DNA of 63,745 nt, filler included, from Octopus bimaculoides (Eukaryota), in NCBI RefSeq assembly GCF_001194135.2. It is 4 parts of 4 records of this genome, joined end to end, with 100 filler letters (N's around TTAATTAATTAA, not from the genome) between each part and the next. Parts side by side here need not be neighbours in the genome. Positions count along the whole stretch, not along the records: positions 1 to 30,695 come from NC_068989.1; 3 more parts are not named here. The stretch is one strand, 5' to 3'. Below the pieces are notes generated by a model. It was not told the origin of the DNA, searched no databases, and saw nothing but the letters and a program-made list of their open reading frames with translations. Shown one piece after another: positions 13,799 to 27,403 of the stretch. A program made the position numbers and the translations under genes. Position 1 is the first letter of the stretch, and each line of letters starts with the position of its first letter.

Positions 13799-13832
<34 letters not shown>

Positions 13833-14099
13833 GAGGTGGGAACTGAAACGTTCCTGGATTTGGGTAAAAGAAAATGCATGATGATCAGTTAATTATGATT
13901 TTATCAAACATATTCCCATCTTGTATTCACACATTAATGATAGTGGTCCTTCAGTTTATCTAAGCCTTAAAAAAGAACTCGGAAATTTGGGCTTCTAACC
14001 AACGCCTTTCGCGATACTCTTAAAGCTAGGAACTTTTCAGCACCATCTCGTATACTCACATATATATAATTGTGTGTACGTGCGTGTGATATGAGTGTT

Positions 14100-14276
14100 T
14101 TTATCTTTGCATTCGCCCTCCACCACTGCTATACCACTTGTGTTGTTTTGCTTACGTACCATTAACTTAATTACTTAGAAAGAAATAAGCACCGGGGGCG
14201 ATTTGTTGAACTAGTTCCTTTAAGGCAGTGCTCAAGCACGGCTAGAGTCCAACGACTGGAAGAAGTAAAAGATAAA

Positions 14277-14278
<2 letters not shown>
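14100..14278 (+). mobile_element. SINE family B, 3' part, diverged
   Basis: Similarity to 11330-11515. Confidence 0.6.
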
Positions 14279-14580
<302 letters not shown>

Positions 14581-16209
14581 AGCATGCATGTAAAAATACA
14601 TATATGTATATAGATACGTATGTATATATGTGTGGGGTGGGTGTGTGTGTTTGCATGAGTTAGTGAGAGGCCTAAAGGTTACCTCAATTCCTTTCCAATA
14701 TTAGCGACCGAAAGTGCAATAAGCCGCGCTGAAGATCAGCATTCCACCGCAAGGTTAAATTTCTTCAGCTGTTATTTGTACGCATTGTGAGCTGTTACTC
14801 GTATGGATTGTGTATGTCATTATTCAGTTTATTTCAAGATTTCTTGCCAATAGAGAAAGAACCGGTTTCTAACGTAGTGGACCTGGAATTTCAACATCAA
14901 CAACAGGGTATTTTTGTATGTATGTATGTATGTATGTATGTATGTATGTATGTATTTATGTGCAAATTTTACGTTTTAATATATGTATTCACATGCATAT
15001 AGTGGCATATCTAGACGTGGTCATATATATTTAAATGATAGACATCTGGAAGTTTTACAGATTTTTACAGTTCCAGTGATGGAGTAGATCTCTAGTCTTC
15101 GAATTAGTTTTCTACTTTCTGGTTTTGAGAAGACTAGTTTCTCAAGCTTGGTATTTTGGCAGAATGCTACATATTCCAGGGCCCCAATGCTTAAAGGTAT
15201 AAACCAGAACTTGTACTATGTACGTATGCTTTTATATATGTATGTTAATATGTATGGTAAGCACGTACATATGCATGCATATGCGTAAACACACATATAC
15301 ACACAAACACACGCACATAAATATATGCCTGCATATATATATATATATATATATATATANNNNNNNNNNNNNNNNNNNNNNNNNNNNNNNNNNNNNNNNN
15401 NNNNNNNNNNNNNNNNNNNNNNNNNNNNNNNNNNNNNNNNNNNNNNNNNNNNNNNNNNNNNNNNNNNNNNNNNNNNNNNNNNNNNNNNNNNNNNNNNNNN
15501 NNNNNNNNNNNNNNNNNNNNNNNNNNNNNNNNNNNNNNNNNNNNNNNNNNNNNNNNNNNNNNNNNNNNNNNNNNNNNNNNNNNNNNNNNNNNNNNNNNNN
15601 NNNNNNNNNNNNNNNNNNNNNNNNNNNNNNNNNNNNNNNNNNNNNNNNNNNNNNNNNNNNNNNNNNNNNNNNNNNNNNNNNNNNNNNNNNNNNNNNNNNN
15701 NNNNNNNNNNNNNNNNNNNNNNNNNNNNNNNNNNNNNNNNNNNNNNNNNNNNNNNNNNNNNNNNNNNNNNNNNNNNNNNNNNNNNNNNNNNNNNNNNNNN
15801 NNNNNNNNNNNNNNNNNNNNNNNNNNNNNNNNNNNNNNNNNNNNNNNNNNNNNNNNNNNNNNNNNNNNNNNNNNNNNNNNNNNNNNNNNNNNNNNNNNNN
15901 NNNNNNNNNNNNNNNNNNNNNNNNNNNNNNNNNNNNNNNNTGAATATTCTGGCAATAATGAACTGATATTTGGTGAGTTCAAATGTTTGTATATGGTAAT
16001 AAAAACGAAAGAAGATTATAACCCATTGAAGAAGAAAACGAAGGATAAAAAGTCTGAAAATGAATGGTCTAGCTATAATACAAATAATATAACAAGTCAA
16101 GAAATACCTATACTTATGATGAGATGAAAGTGTTTCTTTTCTGTTATGGCTCCACCGTCGATCTAAACATAGTCAATCAATGTAGAGGACAGAAAATTAA
16201 GAGACATAT

Positions 16210-16250
<41 letters not shown>

Positions 16251-17171
16251 GGTGGTAATATTGGTGATTGTTGTTATAGTAATAGTAGGAGTATCATATG
16301 AAGAGAAAGTAGAGGGAGGTGTAAGACGAGTTGTTGTTGTAGTTGTAACATTAGTAGCAATAATAAAATAATATGGAAAAACGAAGATAAAGTAGTAGTA
16401 GTAGTAGTAGTAGTAGTAACGGTTGTAATAGTATGAATGGGAACATAAAGGAGAGAACAAGGAGAAATGAAAGAAAAGACTAAGATGGCGAATGGCAGAT
16501 AAGAACAAAATGAAAAAAATAGAGAGAAATAAAGGGAGAGAAAAAGAAGTGAAAGAAAGAGAATAATAATCGTATTTTATTGGCCACAAGTGTCCATACA
16601 TACAATACAAAACGTGTCATACAAAAGAGTTACAAATCATGTGGGGGTTCGATGTTCATAGATATATACATACGTGCATAAAAAATTTTAGTACATAGAA
16701 ACATGTATGTATATATATNNNNNNNNNNNNNNNNNNNNNNNNNNNNNNNNNNNNNNNNNNNNNNNNNNNNNNNNNNNNNNNNNNNNNNNNNNNNNNNNNN
16801 NNNNNNNNNNNNNNNNNNNNNNNNNNNNNNNNNNNNNNNNNNNNNNNNNNNNNNNNNNNNNNNNNNNNNNNNNNNNNNNNNNNNNNNNNNNNNNNNNNNN
16901 NNNNNNNNNNNNNNNNNNNNNNNNNNNNNNNNNNNNNNNNNNNNNNNNNNNNNNNNNNNNNNNNNNNNNNNNNNNNNNNNNNNNNNNNNNNNNNNTATAT
17001 ATATATATATATATATATATATTAGGGTGTGGGTAAAAAACGTAGAGTTAAAACTTGGTACCGAAAAAGTATAAACGAAGGCAAACCACCCTCAGAAGAC
17101 TGAAGATCTGCTAACGAATGTATATGAGATCGCCGTCTGTATACTGAGGACTTCGAAATGCCCTGTGACAA

Positions 17172-17625
17172 TTGTTATCCTTACCCGAACCATCTAGCGG
17201 TCCACATTTTTTTGGCCATGATCTATCGGCTATCGTTAGACTATTCCTGTGGAACTCATCAAATATGTTCCATTTGGACGCTGAATTGTTGTTTCCACCT
17301 TCTGCACATCAATCAATATATTATCTGATTGCTCATTTGATTCGCTCTTTACTGAGATTCAACATTAAATCAAATAAACTAAGATCACTTTCTGAGATAC
17401 GGCAAAGCTCAGGTAGTCAATGGACGATGGCACGTCTTTATGTGAGACTTGTAACGTATGAATTTTTTCTTAACGCAATGGTTTTTTAATCCCATATTTG
17501 TTCTTACTCAGTGTGACACTTCTTTTCACCTTTCTCCAATCTATATGTCCACGAGGACGCCGCATTAAGATGATACTAAAACATGTATATTTTACGGTCC
17601 TGTGCAGAAGGAAGAAACCCATTGA
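17172..17625 (+). pseudogene. AAA6 end and lid-like segment
   Basis: 105-aa ORF: GHDLSAIVRLFLWNS (compare HPDFRLWL) and LSEIRQSSGSQW...YEF (compare QERRKFGPLGWNIPYEF). It continues through stops and a frameshift to AALR*Y*NMY/YGPV (compare ALRYLIGEINYGGRV). Confidence 0.5.
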
Positions 17626-17702
17626 CCTCCCTACGGTAGTCGGTCATTGGTGATCGTGACAGTGAAGGTGAGATCATTCAATTGCGCGTTACTGAGACGT
17701 GC

Positions 17703-17950
17703 GGTGGAGGCGCGTGGCTTAATGGCTAGGATGTTGCACTCATGATCGTTAGATTGCGGTTTCGATTCCTGGACAGGGTGACGAGTTGTGTTCTTGAACA
17801 AAAAACTTCATTTCACATTTCTCCAGTCCAGTCAGATGGCAAAAATGAGTAATCCTGCGACGGACCAGCGTCCGTCAAGGAAGGGAATATATACGCAACA
17901 GGTACCGGAAGACTGGTCCTAAGAGTCTATATGACTTGGAATGGAGCTGT
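17703..17950 (+). mobile_element. SINE family C (V-SINE-like core), 5' half of a dimer
   Basis: A-box TGGCTTAATGG, B-box GTTTCGATTCC, TGTGTTCTTGAACAA, CCTGCGACGGACCAGCGTCCGTC. Confidence 0.75.
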
Positions 17951-17957
17951 ATCCTAT

Positions 17958-18171
17958 AAGGCGGTAAGCTGGCAGAAACGTTAGCACCTGCGGCAAAATG
18001 CTTAGCGGTATTTCGTCTGTTTTTACCTTCTGAGTTCAAATTCCGTGGAGGTCGACTTTACCTTTCATCCTTTCGGGGTCGATAAATTAAGTACCAGTTG
18101 CGTACTGGGGCCGATCTAATCAACTGGCCCCTCCCCCAATATTTAGAGCCTTGTGCCTAGAGTAGAACAGA
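17958..18171 (+). mobile_element. SINE family A (3' half of a dimer)
   Basis: Full copy, CpG-rich. Confidence 0.9.
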
Positions 18172-18436
18172 TTACTGAGAAGTGCACCCTCTAATGCCAT
18201 GGAGGCTACCACCAGCATTCATAGAATTCTTTGCAATTGGTTTGCAATTGTTCTTATTAAAGTTGCTCTGCTCTTGTCCGTCAGCCTCTCTCTATCTCTC
18301 TTTCATTTTGCATTACCTCTTTCATCTGGAGAGAAAGACGAGTAGTAGAAACGTTTGCTGACGTTGTTGTTTACGTTACTGGCACTTCTTTCTCCTACTT
18401 TTAGGGCAGCCATTTCCAGTTCGGCTAAGTTTTTTA

Positions 18437-18630
18437 TTCTTTTACCTGTTTCAGTCATTTGACTGCAGCCATGCTTTTTAGTCGAAGAAATCGACCTGTG
18501 GCCCTATTCTTTGTAAGACCAGTACTTATTCTATCGGTCTGTCTCGCTGAACCACTAATGTACGGGGACATAAGCACACCAACATTGGTTGTTAATGGTG
18601 GGGGACGAACACAGACACAAATGTATGCAT
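18437..18630 (-). mobile_element. SINE family B, 3' part
   Basis: Reverse complement of the 11320-11515 segment. Confidence 0.8.
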
Positions 18631-18999
18631 ATATATATATATATATATATATATANNNNNNNNNNNNNNNNNNNNNNNNNNNNNNNNNNNNNNNNNNNNN
18701 NNNNNNNNNNNNNNNNNNNNNNNNNNNNNNNNNNNNNNNNNNNNNNNNNNNNNNNNNNNNNNNNNNNNNNNNNNNNNNNNNNNNNNNNNNNNNNNNNNNN
18801 NNNNNNNNNNNNNNNNNNNNNNNNNNNNNNNNNNNNNNNNNNNNNNNNNNNNNNNNNNNNNNNCACCTCCAGCACTAAAAAGAAAAAAGAAACGCGCAAA
18901 AGAAATTCTGTCTCAAACGATAAACCTGAGAAAAAATCATCTTTGCAAAGTTCTGTGAATCGCGACTGTTCGCAGCAAACAGCAGCCGCAACAACAATA

Positions 19000-19033
<34 letters not shown>

Positions 19034-19167
19034 GACTGGTATTCTTTTTATCCACCCGAAAAGGATCAAAAGCAAAGTTGTTCATGGTTGCATTTTAACG
19101 TAAGTGGGGGAAGAAATGCCGATAACCATTTTGTCTAGCGCATTTTGTCTGCAAGCTCGCTGCCCTC

Positions 19168-19184
19168 CAATAATAATAATAATG

Positions 19185-19260
<76 letters not shown>

Positions 19261-19300
19261 CAACAACAACAGCAGCAGCAGTAGCTGTAGTACGAGTAGT
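19168..19300. repeat. (TAA)n grading into (CAA)n/(CAG)n
   Basis: Directly visible. Confidence 0.95.
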
Positions 19301-19869
19301 AGCAGTAGTCATTATTTTTAATTTCAGAGCAATGTTATCAATTATAAATAATTACAACTGGGGAGAGACGCGAACGTGGAGTGCAAACGCTCGCGAATAA
19401 ATACCAATTCTATTAGTTGAACAGCCTCGTAATGGCAATAATAATAACCAATACATAAATAATTCAATGAATATATGAATTAAATATATATATATAAATG
19501 AATAAATGATTAAGTGAGTGAAAGAACACTTCAAAGGAAGCTAGAAAATATTGTCGCCTTTCATAATACAGATACATTACAACAACACTTCCTGATAGAC
19601 GCTAATATAGAATGTTTTACTTCCTGTTGTCAGTCTTAAGAGTTCACCTAGTTAGACTGAATGTTAATATAACTATGCAATACGGACGTGGATACAAAAT
19701 AAAAAGAATTTAAATCATGAATAATATCAGAATGTTACAGGAAATATTTATCCTCGATTCAAATATTCATGATTCAAGAGTTGAATGCTTTGTGATAGTT
19801 TAGGAGTTTTGGTTTCTAAGTGTTTAACACAATCTCTGAGCGTCATTCCAAGAATATTTTACTTAATCC

Positions 19870-21050
19870 TTTATTTTTTATAACCAAACACTGTTAAACA
19901 AGTGGGGAAAGCACAACGGTCTTATTTTATTGGAATATTGAGAATACATCTTCATTTGAGTTTCCATATGCATTGATATGGTTTTCATTCTATTCCTGCG
20001 TCTGAAAGACTACAAGCGCTGTGTGCACTGGGTTTTAAATATGTTGTCTGTCAGCTATATATAGGGATGTGTCAGTGTTCACTGTTGTTGGTATTATTCT
20101 TTTACATAACAATGTGTTTGAAAAATATTTCCCATGATCTGTAGGCCATTAACAATCCATTGGAAGTAATAAGTATTTCTATCTTCTGAAGAGAAGAATT
20201 ATACTTTGATCTGTAACTATAGCTTTAGCTATATAAGGGAGGACCATTCTCTACGACAGATTATCAGTGATGCTGAGGTGTAGTAATTGGTTCTATCAGC
20301 TATCTATTGATATTGTCTCCACACTGCTCTAATGGGAAGTGAATTGAGGTGCGATGATCTTTTTCTGGATATTAGTAGCACTGTTTATCGCTTGATGGAG
20401 GTAAGGTTGGGATGACGTTAGGATGTTTTCCGTATTTGTAATTCATGGACTCCACGCAGATTTGACAATAATTGTTTTGGTTGCATGTAACTAACGCTTG
20501 TGGGTGTAAAAATGAAGAGTAATGCCATTTGCATAAGAATGGAATTTCTTGGAAATTGGTGCGTATGAGATAGAGATCTGGGAACAAAATCAAAGCCTGG
20601 GATACATCATATTTGATAGAAGGTAATCGAACGGAGATTAATTTGCACACGCTACGATAATGCAGTCTGACAGGCAGCTGCCTATTAAAGAGATAGGAGA
20701 CATATGGAGCCCGTAGTTTGGTAGGTTTAGCACAAAATTCATTGCTAGACATAGTTGAATGTTTTGCAAATGACAAAAGTAATCGCATTTCTTTCAAAGT
20801 CATTGAGGTTCAGTTTTACATGTCCGTCATAATTGATATTGTTGTTGATGGTTGTCTACAAAGTTTGAGATGTACATTTTATGTTAATATGAAATTGTTT
20901 GGTTTACAAGGATAGAAATCTACATTCATACTGTCTGGAGAAGCATATCAACGATTTTCCTTTCCCTGTCTTCTGTTTGTTTGTGAGCTGCTCCATGTAC
21001 TTTAGTTTTTTCTCTGCAGTCGCCACATCCTTGTAAAAAGACGTTATGAA
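19870..21050 (-). mobile_element. Degenerate jockey/CR1-group LINE reverse transcriptase
   Basis: ICKTFNYV (compare ISKAFDRV), LPNYGLHMSPISLIGSCLSD (compare LPSYGFHPSLC.FISSFLSD), DVSQALILFPDLYL (compare GVPQGSVLSPTLFL). Confidence 0.65.
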
Positions 21051-21489
21051 AGCAATTCATCTTTATTAAATAGATAGCCTCCAGATATTACACTGCTGAT
21101 TTCAAAGAACATCAAAGAAAAACTGACGTACAAGATACAACCCACATATATTATATTATATTCCATACGTATAAATCTCATCTCTGATCAGCAACCTTTT
21201 GTCCATAGCCTAGAAGTATGACATTTGTAAAAAACAAAAAAATAAACAAAACAAAACAAAACAAAAAGAAATTAGTGTGAAGATTATATAGTCAGTTCTT
21301 TCATTGTTATCACAATAATTGCTTCAAACAATGTCCAGATTTCTTGTTTAACGTTCAAAGCATTTCTTTTTCTGTGCATAGAGTTTGGTTTTAATTTTTC
21401 TTGCAGGCACAGTAATTATAAAACAGCTTATTAGGCAGTTGATTTTTATAATAACGCTGTATATTGATGCATAAATATCACACTAATAT

Positions 21490-21850
21490 TCACCTGGTCA
21501 GCCCCCAACGAAAGTTGAGCAGTCATCTTTAATCCTTAATCTCGAATTTACAGGTATGTGAGGCCGGAGCTCATCCAATTTTCTGAGCGGCTTTAGGTGA
21601 TTTAGTATAAAGCATTTCCCTCAACGAAGCACTAACCTGTTGCATCATTAACTCCCAGCTGTTACTGCTCTTATTTTAGCAACGGCAGCAACATAACATG
21701 GAATACGTTGCTTAATGATGCAACGCGCATCTCTGACCGAACTCAATACCGCGACTATAATGCATGGGAGGCCAACATCCTCCAGCACACTAACCAAGAG
21801 GACACGTGCCTTCCTACACTCATGTATTTCGATTCGAGAACAACAAAACA
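21490..21850 (+). mobile_element. Possible endonuclease fragment of the same LINE group, opposite strand
   Basis: TKVEQ..L, ALGDL, DATRISDR..ANIL resemble SKVEHIL, ILGDFN, HPTRIPDR..PNIL. Confidence 0.4.
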
Positions 21851-22294
21851 TCAATAAAAAATTATCACCTGATGTTTAGCAACAACTACAAAATCAGAAA
21901 ATCTTTAAGATTGGATTCACTTAATTCATTTTTCTGTAACTTCAGCAATTTACAAGATTTCCAAAAGGATATAAAGCTTAGAAATGAATAAACAGAAAGC
22001 AGAAAACATACAAATACACTTACAGAAGTTAGGAAAGAAAGTAAGTTTAAATAGAAAATTCTCTATAAAAGAGACTGAATAAAAATAGAAAAATAAAAAT
22101 AAAATAATTTTAATGAATTATCATAACTTTAAATGTATTTAGATATTCCGCAACTTTCATACTCGCAAGACATTCATCTATCTAAGACTGAATATTAAAA
22201 ATGACAGAATTTGTCTCTCTTTTTCCTCTCTCTCCTCTGCTATAACTATTTAGTGGTTTCAGCCAGAGGCTGAGATCATGCTTGAACGCGCGCA

Positions 22295-22388
<94 letters not shown>

Positions 22389-22659
22389 TGTACACATACA
22401 TACGAACATATAAAAATGCATTGAATAGAAACACGAGATAAGAGTATTCCGGTACACATGACAGACAGATTTCGTCTCGTACGATCTATGTGTGCTGTTT
22501 TATGCACCAACGTCTATATGAGAGGGTCTCTCTAGGCTAGAAACGCAGTATTCGTTGTTCTAACAAGGCACCCATGGTAAGTTTGATACATACACATGCA
22601 CGCACACACACACATACAAACATACATATGCATGCACACACTCACACATTTCGATGTTG

Positions 22660-22905
22660 ACGGTTCTCCATCGCTTTCGACGATGATACTTCCGTTGTTC
22701 CATCAACTCAAATACTTGCTCATTGCCAAAAAAAGTGCAGCTGTTTGATGATTTGAAAGACATGCATTTTTATGCAATATTCTGGCAGAAACAGCGAAAC
22801 ACAGTGTATGCAATCTGTGTACCTATGGATTACCGTTACGTTGTATCCGAGGAGCATGTTCAGATAGATAAGGACTTAAACTTGAGCCCCTTCGTTCAGC
22901 CGTAG
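22660..22905 (+). pseudogene. Possible C-sequence pseudo-exon
   Basis: Near-open frame SLPKKVQLFDDLKDMHFYAIFWQKQRN. Weak similarity; supported by position. Confidence 0.25.
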
Positions 22906-23189
22906 CACATCGGTATTAAAAGTAAGCCATAAGAACGATCCTTGTTGAGTTGTTATGGAAGAAGAAATGCGTATAAACACATGTATGCTTAAAACTGCGT
23001 GAATTTACATAGCGTACAATATACAGCTTACAGAATAAAAAAAATACAAGTCTTATCTCAACATGTGTTTCAGGAGTACCGTAACCTATGCCGTAAACAT
23101 GTAGTATGTGTATGACAACATTCCTCTCCCGAAGGAGGATCAACTGGCGTGGCTAAATAATTTCATTTGAAATTATTGTGTTACACGCA

Positions 23190-23511
23190 CAAACCTACCA
23201 CATCATGCGCATATTTTCAGTTGATTGGATCAGCGAATGTTTCAGTTGATTGGATCAGCAGAACAGCCTGCTCATGAAATTAACATGTAAGCGGTTGAGC
23301 ACTCCACAGACATGCGTAAATACCAAAGGGATTCAGCGTGAAACAGAAGATGACAAGTTTAGTCCTTTGAAATTCTACTCATTTTTGTCTGCTGAATGGA
23401 GGAATGGAGCTGCGTAACAATAAAGTGACTTGCACGCGCCGTCGTACATGGCACTCATAACCTTACAACCGTGTGCTGCATAATATTCTAACCACTAAGC
23501 CACGCGCCCTC
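23190..23511 (-). mobile_element. SINE family C variant
   Basis: Head GGCGCGTGGCTTAGTGGTTAG at 23511. Confidence 0.7.
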
Positions 23512-24765
23512 AAATATTCATACATACGTTGTTGAAATCAGAAATATCTATAAGAGAGATGAAAGAAGAACTGATGAACTTGTTATGCAGTGCACAAAAT
23601 AAGTGATAGTACAACATATATTTCGTTAGCTGGGAAGTCAAGTTCTAGCTTTACGGTGAGTTTGCACAAATTGCCTAGAAAGCGTTCCACTCTAATCTTT
23701 TATTCTACTGGTCTATTCCTTTCGCTGTTTCAGCCTTTTGGCTGTGCAAAGAACCTGGAGTCACTGTCACGGGTGAAACATTTCCTTGAAATCGCTATAT
23801 GTAGACCAGTTCATTTGTGCTGTCACGTAATTAACAGGGTTACGAGACTGGTAATGGAAAGATAATAAATCAATTTCCTACTATCTCCCTTTATGCTGAT
23901 ATAAACCGAAATTCATTGGAACCGATTGTTACATTCTAATGATGAAACAAGAATAAGACGTTTTGTAGTAGAATATTCTATAGAAAAATCAATATAAAAT
24001 CAATCATTTGTTTTGGCCAATAACATTCTAAAGGAAAGTTAAAACTAAGGATTAACAGTGAGGATAGATAATAACAAAGGTTTACTAATTTGATTAACCA
24101 AGGGCAAGGATGACGATAAATTCGTTGCCAATGGGAAATGCCGCTGGTAGACAGCAGGGAGGTTAATGAAACTGTAGAAATTGGCCAATCGCGTAACAGC
24201 TCTTTAATAGAATAAAATAGAACAAACGCAATTATCAAACAGATGAATTTCTAAAAGGAAATAACTTGTTATAATAACTATGTTGTGTACATACGCATAC
24301 ATAACGAAAGGCACAAGACGACTAACCATGAAATTGGCTGTTGATATAATGTCGCCCCTTTCATAAGCCAAGCCAAAGAGAGAGCCTGTAAGCTGTAGCA
24401 CATTTCAGAAATAGCAACAAACTGCTCCCTACACACTTAAAGACATATTACAAAAAAACTGTCTTCGGTATGCTATGATAAGAAGAAAACTGAAACATGG
24501 TTCTGGGATTGCTTTTGATTTAGGTATATTTCACAAGGTTTGGAACTGGGCTAAAAACGAACCAGCAGTCTGTGAAAAAGTTATCTGACTTTCAATGGCA
24601 TTTCTAATCAAGCACCACAGAATATTCTATCTCAAGATTTTCAATGATTTAAGAAGAGATTGCATTGTGAAGCAATGCATCTGTGTATAGTGCTGTCAGC
24701 ATTGTGTTTCACTCACTATGAAATAAAAAAACTTACTTACGGTTGACAGCAGAGGTCACACATAA

Positions 24766-24889
24766 ATGAATATAATTTCTAACATAATTAATTTTGGAGA
24801 CTGGGTATGTTCACTGAATGATATAGGCACTGTCGTGAAATACGATGCAGTTAGGGATTTTAAATTTAGTGAAGATTTTCCCTCCCCAG
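24766..24889 (+). pseudogene. Possible C-sequence pseudo-exon
   Basis: FGDWVCSLND (compare LASWVNDL), ending at a strong donor CAG|GTATGA. Confidence 0.3.
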
Positions 24890-24948
24890 GTATGAACATG
24901 ACTGATATCTTCCAAGAGAGAAACAGAGTGAGAGAGACAGAGAGAGAG

Positions 24949-24951
<3 letters not shown>

Positions 24952-24981
<30 letters not shown>

Positions 24982-24995
24982 AAGAAGAAGAAGAA
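24952..24995. repeat. (AAG)n
   Basis: Directly visible. Confidence 0.95.
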
Positions 24996-25156
24996 AAATT
25001 TGATTGACACTCTATTTATCGAATGCCGAAGTTAGCTTCCGCAGGATCTGATCTCAGAGTGCAGCAAACTGGAACGAATATCTCACAGACATTCCATCCG
25101 ACTCTGGTCTAACGTCTCTACTAATCAATCGCCTTATATATATATATCGATTCTAG

Positions 25157-25352
25157 ACAAAATAATCTTTGTAATTCACTCGAACCAAGAATATTGAATG
25201 TGCAAAGTCGAACTCTATGGATGCAGTATATGATGTTTCTCTGTGTGGAAACTGCTCCGTTCCAATCGGGGTTGCAAAAGAGGTTTGCTCTTCGTCAGCA
25301 ACTGAGGAGATCGGAAGAAATAATGGTGAAAATTCGCCCAAGTGAAACCCTT
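25157..25352 (+). pseudogene. Exon-like segment, dynein C-sequence
   Basis: Acceptor attctag and donor GTACGT. Open frame with TLWMQYMMF...PFQSGLQKRFA, compared with VFWLSGFFFPQAFLTAVLQNFA. Confidence 0.5.
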
Positions 25353-25600
25353 GTACGTATAATTTATCAACTATAAATAGCAAGGAAATCTCAACCATAG
25401 ATCGCATTCTATCATCTTCAGAATGGCAGAATATGTTTGACAAATAAGTCCTGGATTCTTTATCTTTGAAATAAAAGAGGTGATATTGACGGTTGACTAC
25501 CGTTGATTATAAGTCTAATCGATCAGATCTTGACGTGTTCTTTAGTCTGAATGAACATTATAAATTGCAAATCCATTAGTAGTGAATTCGGAAGTTTTAG

Positions 25601-25814
25601 TTCTACATTGTTCATGGTTAGAAATGGCGCAGTATAAAAGTATTTCTTTAATGTGCACATGAACTATGACGTGCTGTTGCTGAAAAAGACTAGACTGTTT
25701 TTGAAGTCTCATTTATTTAGTTGTTATAAAACTGTTGAAGTTAATGTGGTAATAATATTTGTTGATATCTGATATTAGCACAAGTTCATTTTAGAGGAGG
25801 GAATAGTTGATTAA
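25601..25814 (+). pseudogene. Terminal pseudo-exon, dynein extreme C-terminus
   Basis: LHCSWLEMAQY (compare IHGLFLEGARW). After a frameshift: DVLLLK..SCYKTVE.NVVIIFVDI*Y*HKFILEEGI (compare PVIWLKP..CPVYKTPE..NFVFAVDL..HWILRGV). Confidence 0.55.
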
Positions 25815-25868
25815 ATGAAACCAAGTATTTTATACTATTTTATTGATCCTAATATTTCATCTACTCCT

Positions 25869-26081
25869 AAGGGGGTGATCTAGCAGAATAGTTAGCACGC
25901 CAGGCAAAATAATTTGCGGTATTTCGTCCGTCTTCTCATTGTGTGTTCAAATTCCGTAAAGGTTGATTTCTCTGCCCTGCCTTTCGGGGTCGATAGAATA
26001 AAGTACCTATTGAGTACTGGGGTCGATGTAATCGACTTACCCACTCCCTCGAAATTGCTGAGCTTCTGCCAAAATTTGAAA
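25869..26081 (+). mobile_element. SINE family A
   Basis: Head and core recognisable. Confidence 0.85.
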
Positions 26082-27403
26082 TTGTTTTTGTCTACTCCAG
26101 ATGTATTAACACAAATCTAACCTTAACAGGTATGGAACTAAGAAGCCTAAGATCTATGACTAAGTATTTCTATAGACTTTGTTCCATCTCTAACAGCTGT
26201 ACCACATTTTCTACCATATTTTTGGTTCGATATTAATACATCCAATTAAAAAAAAAAAACGAAAAAAACCCACACGATTTCATTGGCCTAGTAAAAAGTC
26301 AATTTTCGGAGGATAGTAGATTGAATAGACACAAGTTTATTTCAGGTACTTTTTCCTTTTTTTATTATTTAAATCAATTCCTAAAAGGCATAACACAACA
26401 GCGATGGCGCAGCAGTTCACCTTCAGAATCTAGATAAATGAAATTATATTCTGTAAGCTATATGATTTGATACTCTCTTAGTTTGAGGTTTTAAAAATTA
26501 CAAATACTTTAATAATTAGATTATTTTTTCTAATTAGAAATATAGATAAGAAATATTTTTATTTATAAAAATTAATTTACTGAAAATGATAAAAATTTAC
26601 TCAGCTCTCTGTAAGAAGAAGAAAAAAATTAATAAGGAAATGAAATTAAAAAGAAATCATTAAAATTAATTCTAAAGATATTGATATTTCATATAGCGTA
26701 TTATTTGAAAATAAATATATTGATACTCTTTATCATATTTCACACATAATTCGCAAGTATTTTTCTCATATTTTCGATAAAATATTTAAAAGTATAAGTA
26801 GGTGTACGACAATTGATTTTAATCAAAATATGATGTCATCACCTATCAACTGTTTTCAATTTCATAAAGTTGAGAAACACGAAATTAACCTTAAATTAGA
26901 GAAACAAGGTATATTTACACTTCTGCATTTGACAGCGTGTGATAGCACGCGTGTTAATTTAAAAACTTCCTTGCAACAAGTATTGTTTATTTTCTCCAAT
27001 CGTAAATAACAGCCTCGGTTTGATTCTTGCTAGAAGTAAGTGAATTTTACACTTTACTTTAATCTCATAGGAAAAAGACATATCCATGAAAGAAATGGTG
27101 GGATAGTACAAGAAATTAAAGATAAATTCTACAAATCTAATTTATATACATAATACAACCTACTCAAATAGAGTTAAAACAGTTGCTAAATCTCTCTGAA
27201 AATACACTCTTCCAATTTATCTGTTTCTCTAAAAACGAACATATTGATATTGTATTTAATCTGTTACTACTTAGACCCTACTTTATAAAATATCCTCTTC
27301 CTCTCCTTTTTATTTCTGTGACGCTAAAGACTCTGACTATATTAACTGTTTCTCAGAATAGTAGGCTTATCTAGAGTATCTAAAATAATATCTCATAAGA
27401 GAG

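Noticed and set aside
25153-25443. Minus ORF with DEEQTSFATPIG resembling Gypsy RT KTAFTTPFG
   Set aside because: No other RT motifs in frame; it is the antisense of the plus-strand exon-like segment.
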